Positions 1 to 12,595 of a DNA stretch of 62,241 nucleotides are shown piece after piece. The notes under the pieces are model-generated. The model did no database searches. It was not told the origin of the DNA and saw only the letters and a list, made by a program, of their open reading frames with translations. The stretch lies in NCBI GenBank assembly GCA_030264375.1, contig JASCQW010000072.1:79646223-79708463 (forward strand). Reading direction: 5' to 3'. Positions within the stretch are counted from its first letter, which is position 1. The number at the start of each line of letters is the position of its first letter. Made by a program: the position numbers and the translations under genes. This DNA is from Carcharhinus longimanus (lineage: Eukaryota).

Positions 1-446
1 AGGGTCTAACTCCTCCGGAATTCTCATGCAACCGTGGGTCTGAGAGCTTTTAAAACCCAGCATTATTGAATTTGATGTGCTACTTCAAATGTTATTTCCT
101 GATTTATCATCCCATTTCCTTCAGTATGATCTTTCTCTTCATCTTGATGGTGTGGTCACCATTTATGGACTTTCACCTCAGCTTTTAAAATTGCTGCATT
201 GTGGTAACAGACTGCAAGCTAAATCCTATACATTTGCAGCAGAGATGTCTAGAGTCCACATCATTCCCCTTTTTAAAGCAGCATGTTTTAATTGTAGAAA
301 AGCTATGACAGCACACTAATCCCCCAAGATATCAAAACCAACCAATTTACTGGTCACAGCTTTCCCATCGCAAAGCCTGGCCGGAATTCTGCCCTTTCTT
401 CATATCCTAGGCCAAGTGTTATGGCATTCGTTATACCCATTAATTT

Positions 447-730
447 AATCATAGAATCCCTGCAGTACAGAAGGAGGCCATTTGGCCCATTGAATCTGTA
501 CCGACATCCTCGTAATCCCACACATTTACCCTGCTAATCTCCCTGACAGTAGGGTCAATTTAGAAAGGCCAATCAACCTAACCCGTGCATCTTTGGACTG
601 TGGGAGGAAACCCATGCATACACGGGAAAAAGTGCAAACTCCACACAGACAATGACCTGAGACTGGAATTGAACCTGGATCCCTGGCGCTGTGAGACAGC
701 AGTGCTAATCGCTGTGCCACCATGCCGCCA
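447..730 (-). mobile_element. HE1-type tRNA-derived V-SINE with CR1/HER1 (ATTCTATG) tail
   Basis: Reverse complement shows a tRNA-like head (GGTGGCACAGCGATTAGCACTGCTG, GGTTCAATTCC), the core TGTGTGGAGTTTGCAC and tail GGGATTCTATGATT. Confidence 0.88.
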
Positions 731-1322
731 CGGATAATGTGTATGGGAGAGATTATTATAAGGTATGGATCCCAAATCTGGCTTCATATGGGAGCCATCA
801 GCAGACTGTTTGCTTGCTTTTGGGGTACTGGTCATCCATATTGCTCTGATAGATCATATGGGGATGTGATCTTTGAGGAATCTCCACTGCCACTGAATCA
901 GTATCTATATCGGATTGGGGGGAGTATAGGTTAGTGACAATCTGTATAGGGGTGGGGAAAGCAATGTTGGGGTGAGCTAGGTGTGGAGCAATAGGCAGCA
1001 AAGCTTATCATGACTAAATAGGAATTGCTAGACAAATCTAGACTCAAGTACAATCTAATTCCCTCTCCACCCTGCTGGCAAGCACATGATGCAATGATAC
1101 TCGAGTATTTGACTGCTCGTAGCAATCGATCTCCATTATTTAACCAACTCAAACCCAGGATTGACACTCTGTGGCTAAGAGCATTAGAAACCAGCGTTCC
1201 AGTGTCTTGCTGCCTCTCAAGCAGGTTACACTGCCACACCATGTCTCAAGTTACTCATATGTTTCCTGAAAAGAACATGATCAACCGAATCACTGATCTT
1301 GTTCGGCGAGGAAATCAGTGAT

Positions 1323-1562
1323 GATGTAGAGATGCCGGCGTTGGACTGGGGTAAACGAGTAATAAATCTGACAACACCAGGTTTAAGTCCAACCAGTTTA
1401 TTTGATAGTAATCCAACAAGCTTTCAGAAACGGTGTTCCTTCANNNNNNNNNNNNNNNNNNNTTCCACACACCTGACGAAGGAACAGCGTTTCCGAAAGC
1501 TTGTGGGATTACTATCAAATAAACTGGTTGGACTTAAACTGGTGTTGTCAGACTTCTTACTG
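1323..1562. mobile_element. Penelope-derived palindromic element with hammerhead core
   Basis: Arms 1358-1443 and 1472-1561 are reverse complements around a small gap; CTGACGA-A-GGAA cagcgt TTCC-GAAA at 1473-1498. Confidence 0.75.
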
Positions 1563-2811
1563 GGAATCCGTGAACCAGGGCTGGAGAGGGTGAAAATATC
1601 ACTGCATTTATTTCCCTGTGTCTGTCACTTAGGGACAGAAAGAGATTGGCCACTGGGTAGTGGCATTTATTTTAAAGATTTTTGAAACAACTCTTGATTT
1701 CACGAGGCACAGAAGGGGATTAAATAATCCATGGGGAGAGCACAGTGCCACGTCTGCTGTTTCCCTCACTTCCACCATCTCAGGATGTAGCTAATGGAGA
1801 AAGCTGTAAGAGGGCTGCTGGAGCCAAGCGTAACCCGACATTAATCAGCACCTTCAGAACAAAAGAAAATTGTGAAAAATCTCTGCTTCAGGAATGTGGT
1901 GCAGGAGGGATTAGTGCTACAGGGCCTTTTTGTATCTGACAGGGTTGGCAATTGCTGGAATGTTTTTCATGATTGTCTAAATTCCTATAATTCCTGCAGA
2001 TCAAGTTGGAAGTGCCGTACCCCTGGGGCACCTAGGAAGATGATACTCTCGGCTTGTGTAACATTCACCCTCTCGTTCCACTATTACCAAGGGAAATAAA
2101 AGAGAATTGCTTTTGCAAATCATCCAGCCAGACAGAATGTAAAAGCAAAATATAAAAAGAGAAACAAAATGGAACGAGAAAAGAACTGGAAGGGACAGAG
2201 GGAGGGGAGAAGAAGATGTCAACAGCACTTAGCTATTCCTTGACACACATGACAAGATGCAGCAGGCCATTTTTAACTTTTTTTTTGGGTTGAAGTAATG
2301 CCCAAGGTATGGTCAACTCAATCATACTTCTGGAATTTGTTCCTTTCCATATGGGAAAAGCGAGTGTGGGAAGGCCTGCAGATTGGGGCATTCATTGTGC
2401 TGCTGATTGACTTCAATAGAAAAAATGATTCTGATGGATTTCGCCCCCATTCCAAGTTAAACTAACCTCTGAACTAATAGTTTGAGTCTAGCACATGTGT
2501 AGATGCTGAAATAAACTTGCACAATTACAAACAATGATAACTTCTAATCTGTTTTGCTGCAGGGGCACACAGACTAATTAGTTTCCTTAAATACAGAAAG
2601 GGCCTTTTTTGATGGAGAGCTGAGTAGCTGGGCAATTTGTGTATTATCTCAGAAGGAAGTGAGCAGGGATCCGAGTGACTTCTTGCCCTATTTAACTGGT
2701 CAAAGGATGTGGCAGGGGAAGAATATAGTGGAGTCACGGAGATGTTATTTGTCCAAAGGGCGGAGGAAGGTGCACAGCCGTTTTGGGGCCAAATGTGAGG
2801 TAATAGAAATC

Positions 2812-3270
2812 AAAGAAATTTGCAGCATAGAAGGAGGCCATTCAGCCCAATCTAACTTTGCAGATGACCCATAAAGTTCCAGCTCAATCCCACTTACTCG
2901 CTCTTGGATCATAGCCTTGTAGTTTACAGCACTTCAAGCACATACCCAAGCACTTGTGTCATGAGGATTTCTGCCTCTGCCATCCTCTCGGGCAGTGAGT
3001 TTCAGAGCCTCTTCTTCAGTTCTGGTTGAAAATGTTTCCCAATAAAGTCCCTTTGAAACTCCATCCTCAATCTCTGCCTCCTGGTTATGGACCTGGCAGC
3101 CAATGGGAATAGATCCTCCTTATACAATCTTATCTAAAATCCTCATGATTTTTATATACTTCATTGGACCTCCCCTCAGGTGCATCTGTTCCAAAGAAGA
3201 CAATCCCAGCCTATCCAATCTTGTCTTATCATTAAAATTCTCCAGTCCAGGCCTCTTCTTTGCCCTCTAA
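2812..3270 (-). mobile_element. Old CR1/HER1 LINE 3' fragment
   Basis: ggaggccattcagccc tail and gacaatcccagcctatccaatct, the antisense of the RLGLFSL-type CR1 ORF2 end; degraded. Confidence 0.7.
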
Positions 3271-3517
3271 GTGCAATCCTCAAAGATCAGTTAAATTATA
3301 GAAAATGTAGGAGATGCTAGCCCATCATCTCTTGAGTCTGTTTGAGATAATATCATTAACAACTGTCTCTGTACTCCAGCCCTGTCCAAACTTAAGCCGA
3401 GTTTGGACTCTCGACTGGATTTAAATGATGTACGCATTACTTATAAATATATTATCCTGATCAGGAGTTAATTGGGATCAGTGCTTTACTGTGTGACTCT
3501 TTGTTCTCTCTCAACAG

Positions 3518-3617
3518 GAAATGTGCACTGAGTGGCCTGTCCAGAACGTGTAAACATCGCATCAAGCTGGGAGACTCAGGAAATTATTTCTACATTTCAC
3601 CATCCTGCAGGTCCAGG
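3518..3617 (+). CDS. rab3il1: RAB3IL1 (Rab3A-interacting protein-like 1 / GRAB, Rab GEF), third-last coding exon
   Basis: Acceptor ctctctcaacag at 3517, donor gtatgt at 3618; 100 nt; encodes [33 protein letters not shown], matching the RAB3IL1/RAB3IP C-terminal region. Confidence 0.93.
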
Positions 3618-4199
3618 GTATGTAGAAGACGAAAGGAGGGGAGGGTTGTAACACAGTGGACACGACCTAGTGGCCCTGTTGGCCCCTGTACCATTCCTGT
3701 AATGGCTGCCAAATCTCACCAGTTACCAAAACTGGAATTTGTGCAGCAAAATCTTCCGTGCCTCCCATCCTCCCCCACCACTGCTGGTGGTATGATCAGG
3801 TTCACACCCAGTGAGGGCATCTACCCATGATATATTCTGCCTCTCCCCAGCAGTGTAACATCAGACCAGCACACCTGTAGATCCTGGGAGTTGAGGAATA
3901 AGGATGGGCAGTATCCCCTAGCAGTGCCTAAGGGCTGCTGTGGTGGGGGGGTAACTCTCCACCATTGTGGGGAGGGTTCCCCTTGTGTGCGGAGTGGGAA
4001 AAGCCTTGATGCCTGTAAAGGGGTGGGTGGGAAGAGAGGGGAGAGTCCTGATGCTTCCAAAGTTGGAGGTTAGTGGGGGGGGGGGGGGGGGGGGTGGGGG
4101 TCGGGGGTGAAGAGAGAGCTTGTGCATTCTTCACTAGTGTTTCTTTGAGTCTGTGAAACCCTTGGACCTGCACCTTCCTGTCATCCCATCCCCTGATAT

Positions 4200-4800
4200 G
4201 TCTTCTCCCACATCCAGATAGTGACCCACTTTGTATCTCAGTGTTCTATCCTTGGTTCTATTTTACCCTCTTGCAGCTTAGTCTAGAAGTTCAGCACCAG
4301 TTTCACAAGCACCCAGAATATGTCACCCGTGTCACCATTGACTTTGGGCTGCCAGTTCTATTATTATCTGACCTACGGTATCTGGTTCAGCCAGAATTTC
4401 CTGCTGAATACCCTAACCATCATCTTATCTGGTTGTCATTGGCTCAATCGTGCTCTTAATCCAACTCCATCTTCTAGTTGCGCAGTCGAGTTGCAAACGG
4501 TGAATATGTTGCCTTGCTGTTCTGTTCAATACAAAACTGAATTTTGAGTCCCACTACTGTGTACCCCAGAACATTGCCCACTTACAACCCTAAGTCTTCC
4601 TGTATCTGCATTGTCCATATCCAAACTTTCAGTGCTTCAAGAGTTTTTGCTGTGCAAATTCTATTTAATCCAGAACTCAGCTGAAACAACAATTGTGTTC
4701 CACAGACCAAGACATTTGACCCCTTTTACTCACCAACATCCACAGTCGTTCTGTCCCGGAAAATTGTGTTGACTTCCTCCTCTTCCACTTTCTTGCTGGA
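4200..4800 (+). mobile_element. Highly degraded L2-like LINE fragment
   Basis: tggttcagccagaatttcctg (W.SQNFL) and cagaacattgcccac (NIA) resemble L2 ORF2 motifs. Confidence 0.4.
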
Positions 4801-5658
4801 ATTATTCACCCTTTTTTTTCTGGGTAATATTCTCTAGCCAAAAGTCGTCATCTGCTTTCCTTGTCTTCAGATTATTGCACATCTCCTGTGATTTTTTTAT
4901 TTCAGGCTGACCTTTCCAGTTTTCTGGGGTTGTTCTCTGCAATTCTGTTTCCCAATTCCCTTCGACATGTTGCCTGAAAGCTCCCTGAACTCGAATCTTT
5001 TTGATTCTGCATTTAATCATCTTTCAAATTCCCTTCCATCACGCATGATTCCCAGCTCTTTCTTCTACAAAGTATATACCTACCTGAGGAGTTTTATAAA
5101 AATTCAGTGTTGACTTGTGTTTGCTGTCAGGACCCAGGCCAGAAATTCCAAGTGTTAGCTGTCCTGAACCATATAATTGAGATTGATTAACAGTTTTCAT
5201 GAAAATCCATAAGCAATCTCCAAAGGACCATTAAACCACAGAATATTGCATTAGTTCAGATTAAAAATCAACACGATGTCCGTTATATTGCTTCAGTGAC
5301 AATTAGAGGACACTGGGTGCAGACAATACAGTGCTGACAAAATCCTGCAAAGGAGCATGATTAAAATACATTTCTTAAAGGTACGTTATTGTCACATTGT
5401 ATGTGCGCATGTGTACCCACCTGCTCTGCGTACAATGTACGTGCCTTCTGGGCAGAGACAATGCACAATCCCCCATTATATGTGGCAGCATTGGTGACCC
5501 TGCAGTGTGTACTATGATTCTTGAGCTCATTTTATGTCTTTTTATATAATGCTTTGAGTTTGATCCACATGTGGCAACCAGTGATGAAGACAATAGTCTA
5601 TGATACTTTGTAGGAACACTCTCTTGTATAATCCATGACTCGAACCCAAGTTTTTTTA

Positions 5659-5965
5659 GTTTAAAGTTTATTTCTTAGTGTCACAAGTAGGCTTACATTA
5701 ACCGTGCAGTGAAGTTATTGTGAAAATCCCCTAGTCGCCACACTTTGGTGCCTGTTCGGGTATATTGAGAGAGAATTTAGCATGGCCAATCCACCTAACC
5801 AGCACGTCTTTTGGACTGTGGTAGGAAACTGGAGCACCTGGAGGAACCAGCTGTCATCACAGAGACACGGGGAGAATGTGCAAACTCCTCACAGACAGTG
5901 ACCCAAGCTGGGAATCGAACCCGGGTCCTTGGCGCTGTGAGGCAGCAGTGCTAACCACTGTGCTA
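5659..5965 (-). mobile_element. HE1-like SINE, alternative (GTGACACTAATAAA-type) tail
   Basis: HE1 head and core; the minus-strand tail reads GTGTGGCGACTAGGGGATTTTCACAATAACTTCAC...GTAAGCCTACTTGTGACACTAAGAAATAAAC. Confidence 0.85.
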
Positions 5966-6143
5966 ATGTGTCATCCCGAGTATTTCAGCGCTGATCCTCA
6001 TCAATCCTAATGGAAAAGAAAATAAACTCTCTTCGCAGTGAAACTTCAGAGCAAGATGTTTTAACGTTTGAACAGATCCAAAATCTGTCTCTGGCTGAAT
6101 TTTATTTGACGGGCTTGTAACCATGCTGTTGTTTCCTTCACAG

Positions 6144-6210
6144 ATTACTGCTGTTTGCAACTTTTTCACATATATTCGTTATATCCAGCAAGGTCTAGTC
6201 CGACAAGATG
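6144..6210 (+). CDS. rab3il1: RAB3IL1 penultimate coding exon
   Basis: ttccttcacag|ATT...GATG|gtaag; 67 nt; [22 protein letters not shown]. The ITAV and LVRQD motifs match RAB3IL1 rather than RAB3IP (ITSV, LVKQQD). Confidence 0.95.
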
Positions 6211-6439
6211 GTAAGATCATAAACTGTCTTTTCTTCACTTAATCCAAGGTGAACGTTTGAGGTTAGCAGTGGCCTTTTCAACAACTCCAGTGTTGAAATG
6301 GGATAGAATAGGGATGCATTGTAAATGATGTAAGTGAAAACAAAGCAGCAGGTTTGAGGGAAGTCTGGAGTTTGTACACTATTGCGGTTACCATTGAGGG
6401 ACCTCTATGGACGGTTTGGGCATTGTTGGACTGAAGTGA

Positions 6440-6895
6440 ATTCTTACCTCTTGAGTCAATCATTGTGGGCTTGTGTCCCACAGCAGAGATTTGAGCACAA
6501 AAATATCGGGAGTTGACGGTCGGCGTGGGGCCTAGGGGAGGCCAGAAGTCGGTCAGTGGTGTGTGGGGAGGCCGAGGGAAACATTACAGACAGCATGGGA
6601 TTGATTGTGGCATAGGCTTTTGGATGAGACTTTAAACCAAGGCCCAAACTGTAGTCTGAAGTAGTGTTCTGAGATCTTTCACATTCATCTCAAATGAGCA
6701 GTAGAGCTATGCCTGGTGTCCTGGCCAATATTTATCCCTTGACCAATATCAATAGAAAAAAATTCTGGTTATTATTGCCTTGCTGCTTGTGGGAGATTGC
6801 TGTGTGCAAATTAAGTGCCATCTTTCCCAAGTTGCAACAAAGAGCACGCTCAAAAGTACTTCTGTTTTTATAAAAGGTGCTTTGGAAATGTCAGT
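6440..6895 (+). mobile_element. DeuSINE (SacSINE1/AmnSINE1-like) in the last intron of RAB3IL1
   Basis: Deu-domain motifs ttttggatgagactttaaaccaaggccc, ggtgtcctggccaatatttatccc and ttgctgcttgtgggagattgctgtgtgcaaatt. Confidence 0.75.
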
Positions 6896-6928
6896 CTGTC
6901 TTTTTAATTTGTTTTCTCCTTTTTGCAG

Positions 6929-7011
6929 TGGAACAGATGTACTGGGAAGTGATGAAGCTGAGGAAGGAGATGTCTATTGCTAAACTGGGATACTACACGG
7001 AGGAGTCTTAA
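6929..7011 (+). CDS. rab3il1: RAB3IL1 last coding exon with stop codon
   Basis: Polypyrimidine tract and ttttgcag acceptor; phase 1 continues as [27 protein letters not shown]; TAA at 7009-7011. Confidence 0.95.
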
Positions 7012-9545
7012 TGTCTACGTTAATGCCCCAAATTTTGGACTAAGCTGCCAGGCAAGGGGCTGTGCATTTACTCAATGGATTTAAACAATATGGAAAAAAC
7101 TGTCGTCTAGAAACCAACATGAGAGCCCTTTGCTTCCATGAAGAGTTGGAAATGAGCAGGAACTGTGATAATGTGCTCAAAATGAGAGACTGACTGCTTT
7201 CGTGGCCTGGGTTGAAGTTAAAGGCCTAGGAAAGACTGTGAATGATATACAGGGTAATTTTACTATCACATTAGCCATTGGTTAAAGATCATGTAACAGC
7301 CAAGAATTGTAAAACCTCCATAACTCAGCCTTTGTACCTCATAGGCCTCAGTGACTTAACCTTTTGTTTAACTAGCTTAAGATGGAGAAAAACTTATTCT
7401 ACCCTCCACTGATCCTCTATCAACCAAACTTATTTTCACTGTAACAATGGCAGTGAAGCATTGGATTCCTAAAAGGCCATTAGGCCCAGCTATGATTGGT
7501 CAGTTGGTTTTGCCCTCCTTGAGGCAGTATTCACCAGCTTATTTTAAAAGCCTATGGGCAGGACTTGTTTAAGAGATGGCTGAATCAGTTCTGCTGCTTC
7601 ATGTCAGCAGATAGCAGCAATGATGCTAGGACACAGAAATGTGCAGTGAAAGGTGAAACTGCAGGGAAATACCACGTATAGGTTCTAGAAAGCCACCTGT
7701 CCCTCAGCAAAATGCAACCCTTTCAGGAGCCCAGGAGAGGGGGAAGAATTTCAGTCAGTTGAGGTTGAGGTGATTAAGAAAGAAAGAAATCTTCTGTAGA
7801 TCAATTGAGCTGTGAGAATGGCTATTAGTTACGAGGGTTTCTGTTTGAAGTTTGCTGTAAAGCCAGTCAGTCAGTGATCCAATCCTAGCTGTCTATTAAT
7901 GCAACTAATCATTGCGATTGCCATCACTTTCTTCATTTGTCATTTGTTCCTTTTCATNNNNNNNNNNNNNNNNNNNNNNNNNNNNNNNNNNNNNNNNNNN
8001 NNNNNNNNNNNNNNNNNNNNNNNNNNNNNNNNNNNNNNNNNNNNNNNNNNNNNNNNNTTGTTATGTTAATCTGCATTTGTCATTGTTCCTTTTCATGCTC
8101 CCTCCCTTTCACCTTCAGCTGTCCACACTGTCATCTCCTAGCTGAGAGCTGCCCTGACCTGACCTATCAGAATGTTCACCACACTGCTACCATACTCCAA
8201 ACTCTCCACTCCATATCGACACTGGCTGTTGGTCATTCTAACTGAGCTGCATTATTCCACATCTTTTTGGTGTTTCTGAGGCGTAGCCTCTGCTTTTTTT
8301 TGTGTAGGAATGGAAACGGGACAGTGTGGCCTTGCACACTCTCCTGTTCACATTCCAGTACATCTCTCCTCTTCTGGATTGGTCTTCATACGTTTTCAAA
8401 CAGGAGAACGTTGTGTTTATGTTTTTTTTGCACCCTCCCCCACCAGTTTGCTGGATGCACCATCTCCTTGGTAACCAGTCTCCTCAGCAATAAATGTGAC
8501 CCATGTAATGTCTCCAAATGCCCATCTTTCTGTTATACACAGAATCCTGAGAATGGGAGTCAATATTTTACCAAGAGTTTCAGTTTTTAACCTTTGATTA
8601 CAAAATGGCTTGGGCCATGTATCATTCCTTTACACGTTTAACTTGTACTAGAGTATTATAATCGCTATGAAATTCCTTATAATCCATACATTACTATTAA
8701 AGGAGCACTGTCCAATGTTTGGCAAATCTTGTCTATGAATAATTTGTGCCAATTTTCTCCCCCTCTCCCCTTTTCAAGGTGCTATCCCTTGCCAGGATGC
8801 AATGGCACTGGTTGTCCTCCAGTATTTGGTCAAAGTGGGCCACTCTTCAGTGAATGGGTGCTGTCAGGTTGTTCAAATCTGGGAACTATCTCAAGAGAGC
8901 CTGATCTCCTACCTGTAACCTCAGATGTATTTTCCAGCAGGAGCCAGTGATCAGGAGCAGGACTTCTGGCTTTTTTTCCCCTACTAGCTGGGAAGAAATA
9001 CAGCAGCCCTCCCATTACCCAGTTGACATTAGCTAAGCTGAACAATTCTGAGACCGCTGTGTCTATGTAGTTCACTGCTACACATGATGATGTGCTTCTC
9101 CACTGAAGAAATTACTGGAGAAGTCTTTTCATTGTATAGATACATCCTGACATTAATCCCATCATGGTGCAATAACAGTTTGAGAAATTGACCTGCCAAA
9201 AAGGACAGTATTTTCCCAGTTCTTCCTGATCACTATTTTCTCCCCATCCCCTGCAGAAGAAAAGCGTTTGCCAAACAGTCTCCCTAAAGGCAATGCTCCT
9301 TTAAGCTGCATGGTGCATGCTTAACTTTTTTTTAAAATTGACTTTTTTTTTCAGGTATCATTAATTCCAGTGTTTATTGTGGAGAATTGTGTCTCCATTT
9401 GCCAAATATAATGGCTATTGGACGCAGGGGGTCCCTGTCTCCCTGGAAACCAGCTGGAGATTTCCCTCTATTGTTTGAACTGACTGCACAGTTATACGAT
9501 GTCTAATAAATTTCTACAGTGTATAAAATAAATACTAATTAAAAA
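7012..9545 (+). other. rab3il1: Putative RAB3IL1 3' UTR
   Basis: Sequence after the stop with no recognisable repeats, ending at a cluster of poly(A) signals (AATAAA 9505-9510, AATAAA ~9527, ATTAAA ~9538). End not proven without transcripts. Confidence 0.55.
9505..9543 (+). terminator. Polyadenylation signal cluster of RAB3IL1
   Basis: gtctAATAAAtttctacagtgtataaAATAAAtactaATTAAA. Confidence 0.5.
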
Positions 9546-9860
9546 CTGACAACTTGCTCCTTTTAAATGAACAAAGTGATGTTGATGATGGGCATAGTTT
9601 TGGAAAAAACACACTTTTTGGCTTGTTAATAAATGATAGGCTGGAATTTAATGAGGGGCTCTGGATGGTTTATATACAGAATGGAAACAAAATGGGGAAC
9701 AGAAGAAAAGTCAAGGACGCAAAAATGCCATCCTTCCTTCCCCACTAATCTGAGGAGTTATGTACTAATAAAATAACGAACATTTCTAATATTAGCCTGA
9801 TGCCATGTTTTATGTGACAAATCTTCTCCTTTTCCATCTGCCGGTCTTCTGATATCCCTA

Positions 9861-10147
9861 GTTAGCACTGTTGCCCCAAGGCGCCAGGAACCTGGGTTTG
9901 ATTCCCGGCTTGGGTCATTGTCTGTGCGATTCTACATGTTCTCCCCTTGTCTGCATGGGTTCCCTTGGGCTGCTCCAGTTTCCTCCCACAGTCCAAAAGA
10001 TATGTTCGTTAGGTGCATCGGCCATGTTAAATTCTCCCTCAGTGTACTCGCACAAGTGCTGCCGGAGTGTGGCGATTAGGGGATTTTCACAGTAACTCCA
10101 TTGCAATGTTGACCTAAGCCTACTTGTGACACTAATTAATAAACTTT
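9861..10147 (+). mobile_element. HE1-like SINE, alternative tail
   Basis: HE1 core followed by ccggagtgtggcgattaggggattttcacagtaac...cctacttgtgacactaattaataaac. Confidence 0.85.
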
Positions 10148-11587
10148 TGAAGTCAATGTGATGTGGAGGTGACCATTGACGTTTTAAAATTGGTGAGTAC
10201 CACATATTGCTCTGGGGCCTTCCACTGAGTTGTCCAGGTGCCTGCCTGAATGGGGTAGGAGCTTCATTACTGTATGCAGGCTGGGGACCGAGGAAGTATG
10301 TAGAATGTCAGTGCAAATCAGCAAGACACAGCCTGTGCCACGCACAATCTTCTCAGTTGAAATTGAAGGTGAAGATCAGGGCTTTCTAAACTGTGAGCTG
10401 ATTGCAAGCTCTGAGACAGCAATGGCTGCCAAGGCACTCACTGATTTTTTTTTTTTTTTGACGGCTGCCATACCCCTTTAAATCCTTATTTTTTTTGATG
10501 TACATGGCCTAATGGAATGCTTGGAGGCCCATTTGCTACAGGAGGAAAAACCTGTAAAAGGTGAGGTGATCACATCTTCTTTATCTTTGGATAAATCCCA
10601 CCTTTTTCATCAATCTCTACCATGAGGGAGGAGCTCTTCTACCCACCCCCCCGCCTTCCAAAAATACTTTCACCCCTGAGGTCTTAAGGTCTGAAGCATT
10701 AAAATGGGTCAGTAGCAAAACAAAAGTTTGGGAAGTGCCGGTGAAGAGAAAGAAACCACCAAAGAGGAACTAACGATTTTTGTGGGGCTAAAAGGGACAA
10801 GTGCACTGATTCTGCCATCATTCCTACCTTTGGGCCTATCAGCTGGGTCATCCTGCAATCCGCCTGATAATCCAGGTAACCAGCTGCAGCATGTTGGCCA
10901 TTCAGGGCCGGAAGCTTCCCGGCAGCAAGGATAGTCCAGATCTCAACTGGACTGAGTGTCCTGTGAGCAGGCAACATCACACTCCCCCACCCAGCAACTT
11001 GTCAAGTCTGTGTCTGTAGTTAAAATGAATCCCAATTAATCCGCTTGCTCTACTTTCCTTAACCACTGGCACCACTGTGTGTCTGCGATCCACTTGTTAG
11101 AATAGTGGACACCAAGACACCTGTGGCCTACTGTCCTTGTTCTGGTTACGCTCAATGGACCTGATGGTGACAGGACAGGTTGTATGGGGGACGTGGGAAC
11201 AGATTTTGGGGATGTGAAACCCTTCTATTCAGGTTTGTCAGCTTGCTGTGGAGTTTTAGTTCCGCTATTTGTGACTGTACTTGGACCCCTGTCCTTGAAA
11301 GCAGGCTGATTGGCAGGCTTGGCGTCCAGTTGGGGAGAGAGAGAGAGAGTGTGAGACCTTGGGGCCGATGGCAGTTGCAGGAAGGGAGCCTGCAACTGCT
11401 ACTGAAAGAGTTTAGAGAGGGTTTGGATCCCTGTCCTGGGGGATGGCCTAAGGTTCAATAGTCCAATCTTGGGGTATTCAATTCCCCAGCTCTGGAAAAG
11501 GTGAGTTTGGGGACTTCTACTCCCTCATTTCTCTTCAGCTGCTGGGCTTTCTGAGAACTGGGTTAAACCTAAAAAGCAAGTTTAATT

Positions 11588-12058
11588 TGATGCTACCAGT
11601 TTCATTTTAGAGAAATGGGCTACTCAACGCCATTGATCCATGTTGTGATGCTACCATTTCAAGAACAGCTTCTTCCTGTTGCCATCAGACATGGGGATTT
11701 TCACAGTAACTTCATTGCAGTCTTGATGTAAGCCTACTTGTGACACTAATAAATAAAGCCTTTTGAATGGGTCTACCTTATGTTAAGTTGATCTTGCTCT
11801 ACACCATAGCTTTGACTGTGACACTACATTCTGCACCCTCTCCTTTCCTTCTCCTCTGTGTACTGTTTTATGTATGGAATGCTTTATCTGTATAGCGCAC
11901 AAAAAAATACTTCTCATTGTACACCAATACATGTGACAATAACAAGTGAAAAATTTATTCTAGAGAAATGGATTCTTCAGTTCCAGTGATCTGTGCTGGT
12001 GATGCTACCAGTTTCTCTAGAATGAAATGGGCTATTAAACACTGACATGAATCACTGG
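11588..12058 (+). repeat. Degenerate ~57-bp tandem repeat interrupted by a Rex1 3' fragment that itself carries a SINE tail
   Basis: Unit gatgctacca(g)tttc..tagagaaatgg recurs at ~11589, ~11647 (continuing ~11955) and ~12001. Confidence 0.6.
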
Positions 12059-12074
12059 AGTTTATGTTCTGCTT

Positions 12075-12595
12075 GAAGACTTGGGAAATTTGGCATATCA
12101 GCTACAACTTTTACAGATGCTCCATAGAAAGCATTCTTCCTGGTTGTTTCACAGCTTGGTATGACTCTTGCTCTGCCCAAGACTGCAAGGAACGACAAAA
12201 GATCGTGAACGTAGTCCACTCCATCATGCAAACCAGCCTCTCATCCATTGACTCTGTCTACACTTCCTGCTGTCTCAGCAAAGCAGCCAGTGTAATTAAA
12301 GACCCCACACACCCCGGACATTTTCTCTTCCACTTTTTTCCATCTGGAAAAAGATACAAAAATCTGGGGTCACGTACCAACTGACTCAGGAACAGCTTCT
12401 TCCCTGCTGCCATCAGACTTTTGAATGGACCTACCTTGCATTAACTTGATTGTTCTCTATGCCCTAGCTATGATTGTAACACTATATTCTGCTCTCCTTT
12501 CCTTCTCTCTGAATGGTAAGCTTTATCTGTATAGTATGCAAGAAACAATACTTTTCACTGTGTGCTAATACACGTGACACTAATAAATCAAATCA
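12075..12595 (+). mobile_element. Rex1/Babar LINE 3' end
   Basis: NFYRCSIESILPGCFTAWY...DPTHPGHFLFHFFPSGKRY...NSFFPAAIRLLN, typical of the Rex1 RT C-terminus; ends gtgacactaataaatcaaatc. Confidence 0.85.

Noticed and set aside
931-1242. Minus ORF containing NNGDR, like the DGDR exon end
   Set aside because: No other peroxidase similarity, no donor after GDR, and it lies beyond RAB3IL1's 3' exons.
4074-4108. Long G run, G-quadruplex candidate and poly-Pro ORFs
   Set aside because: Low-complexity tract in a GC-rich repeat-like segment; no evidence of function.
11163-11175. GATGGTGACAGG (DGDR)
   Set aside because: On the + strand, opposite to the peroxidase, with unrelated context.
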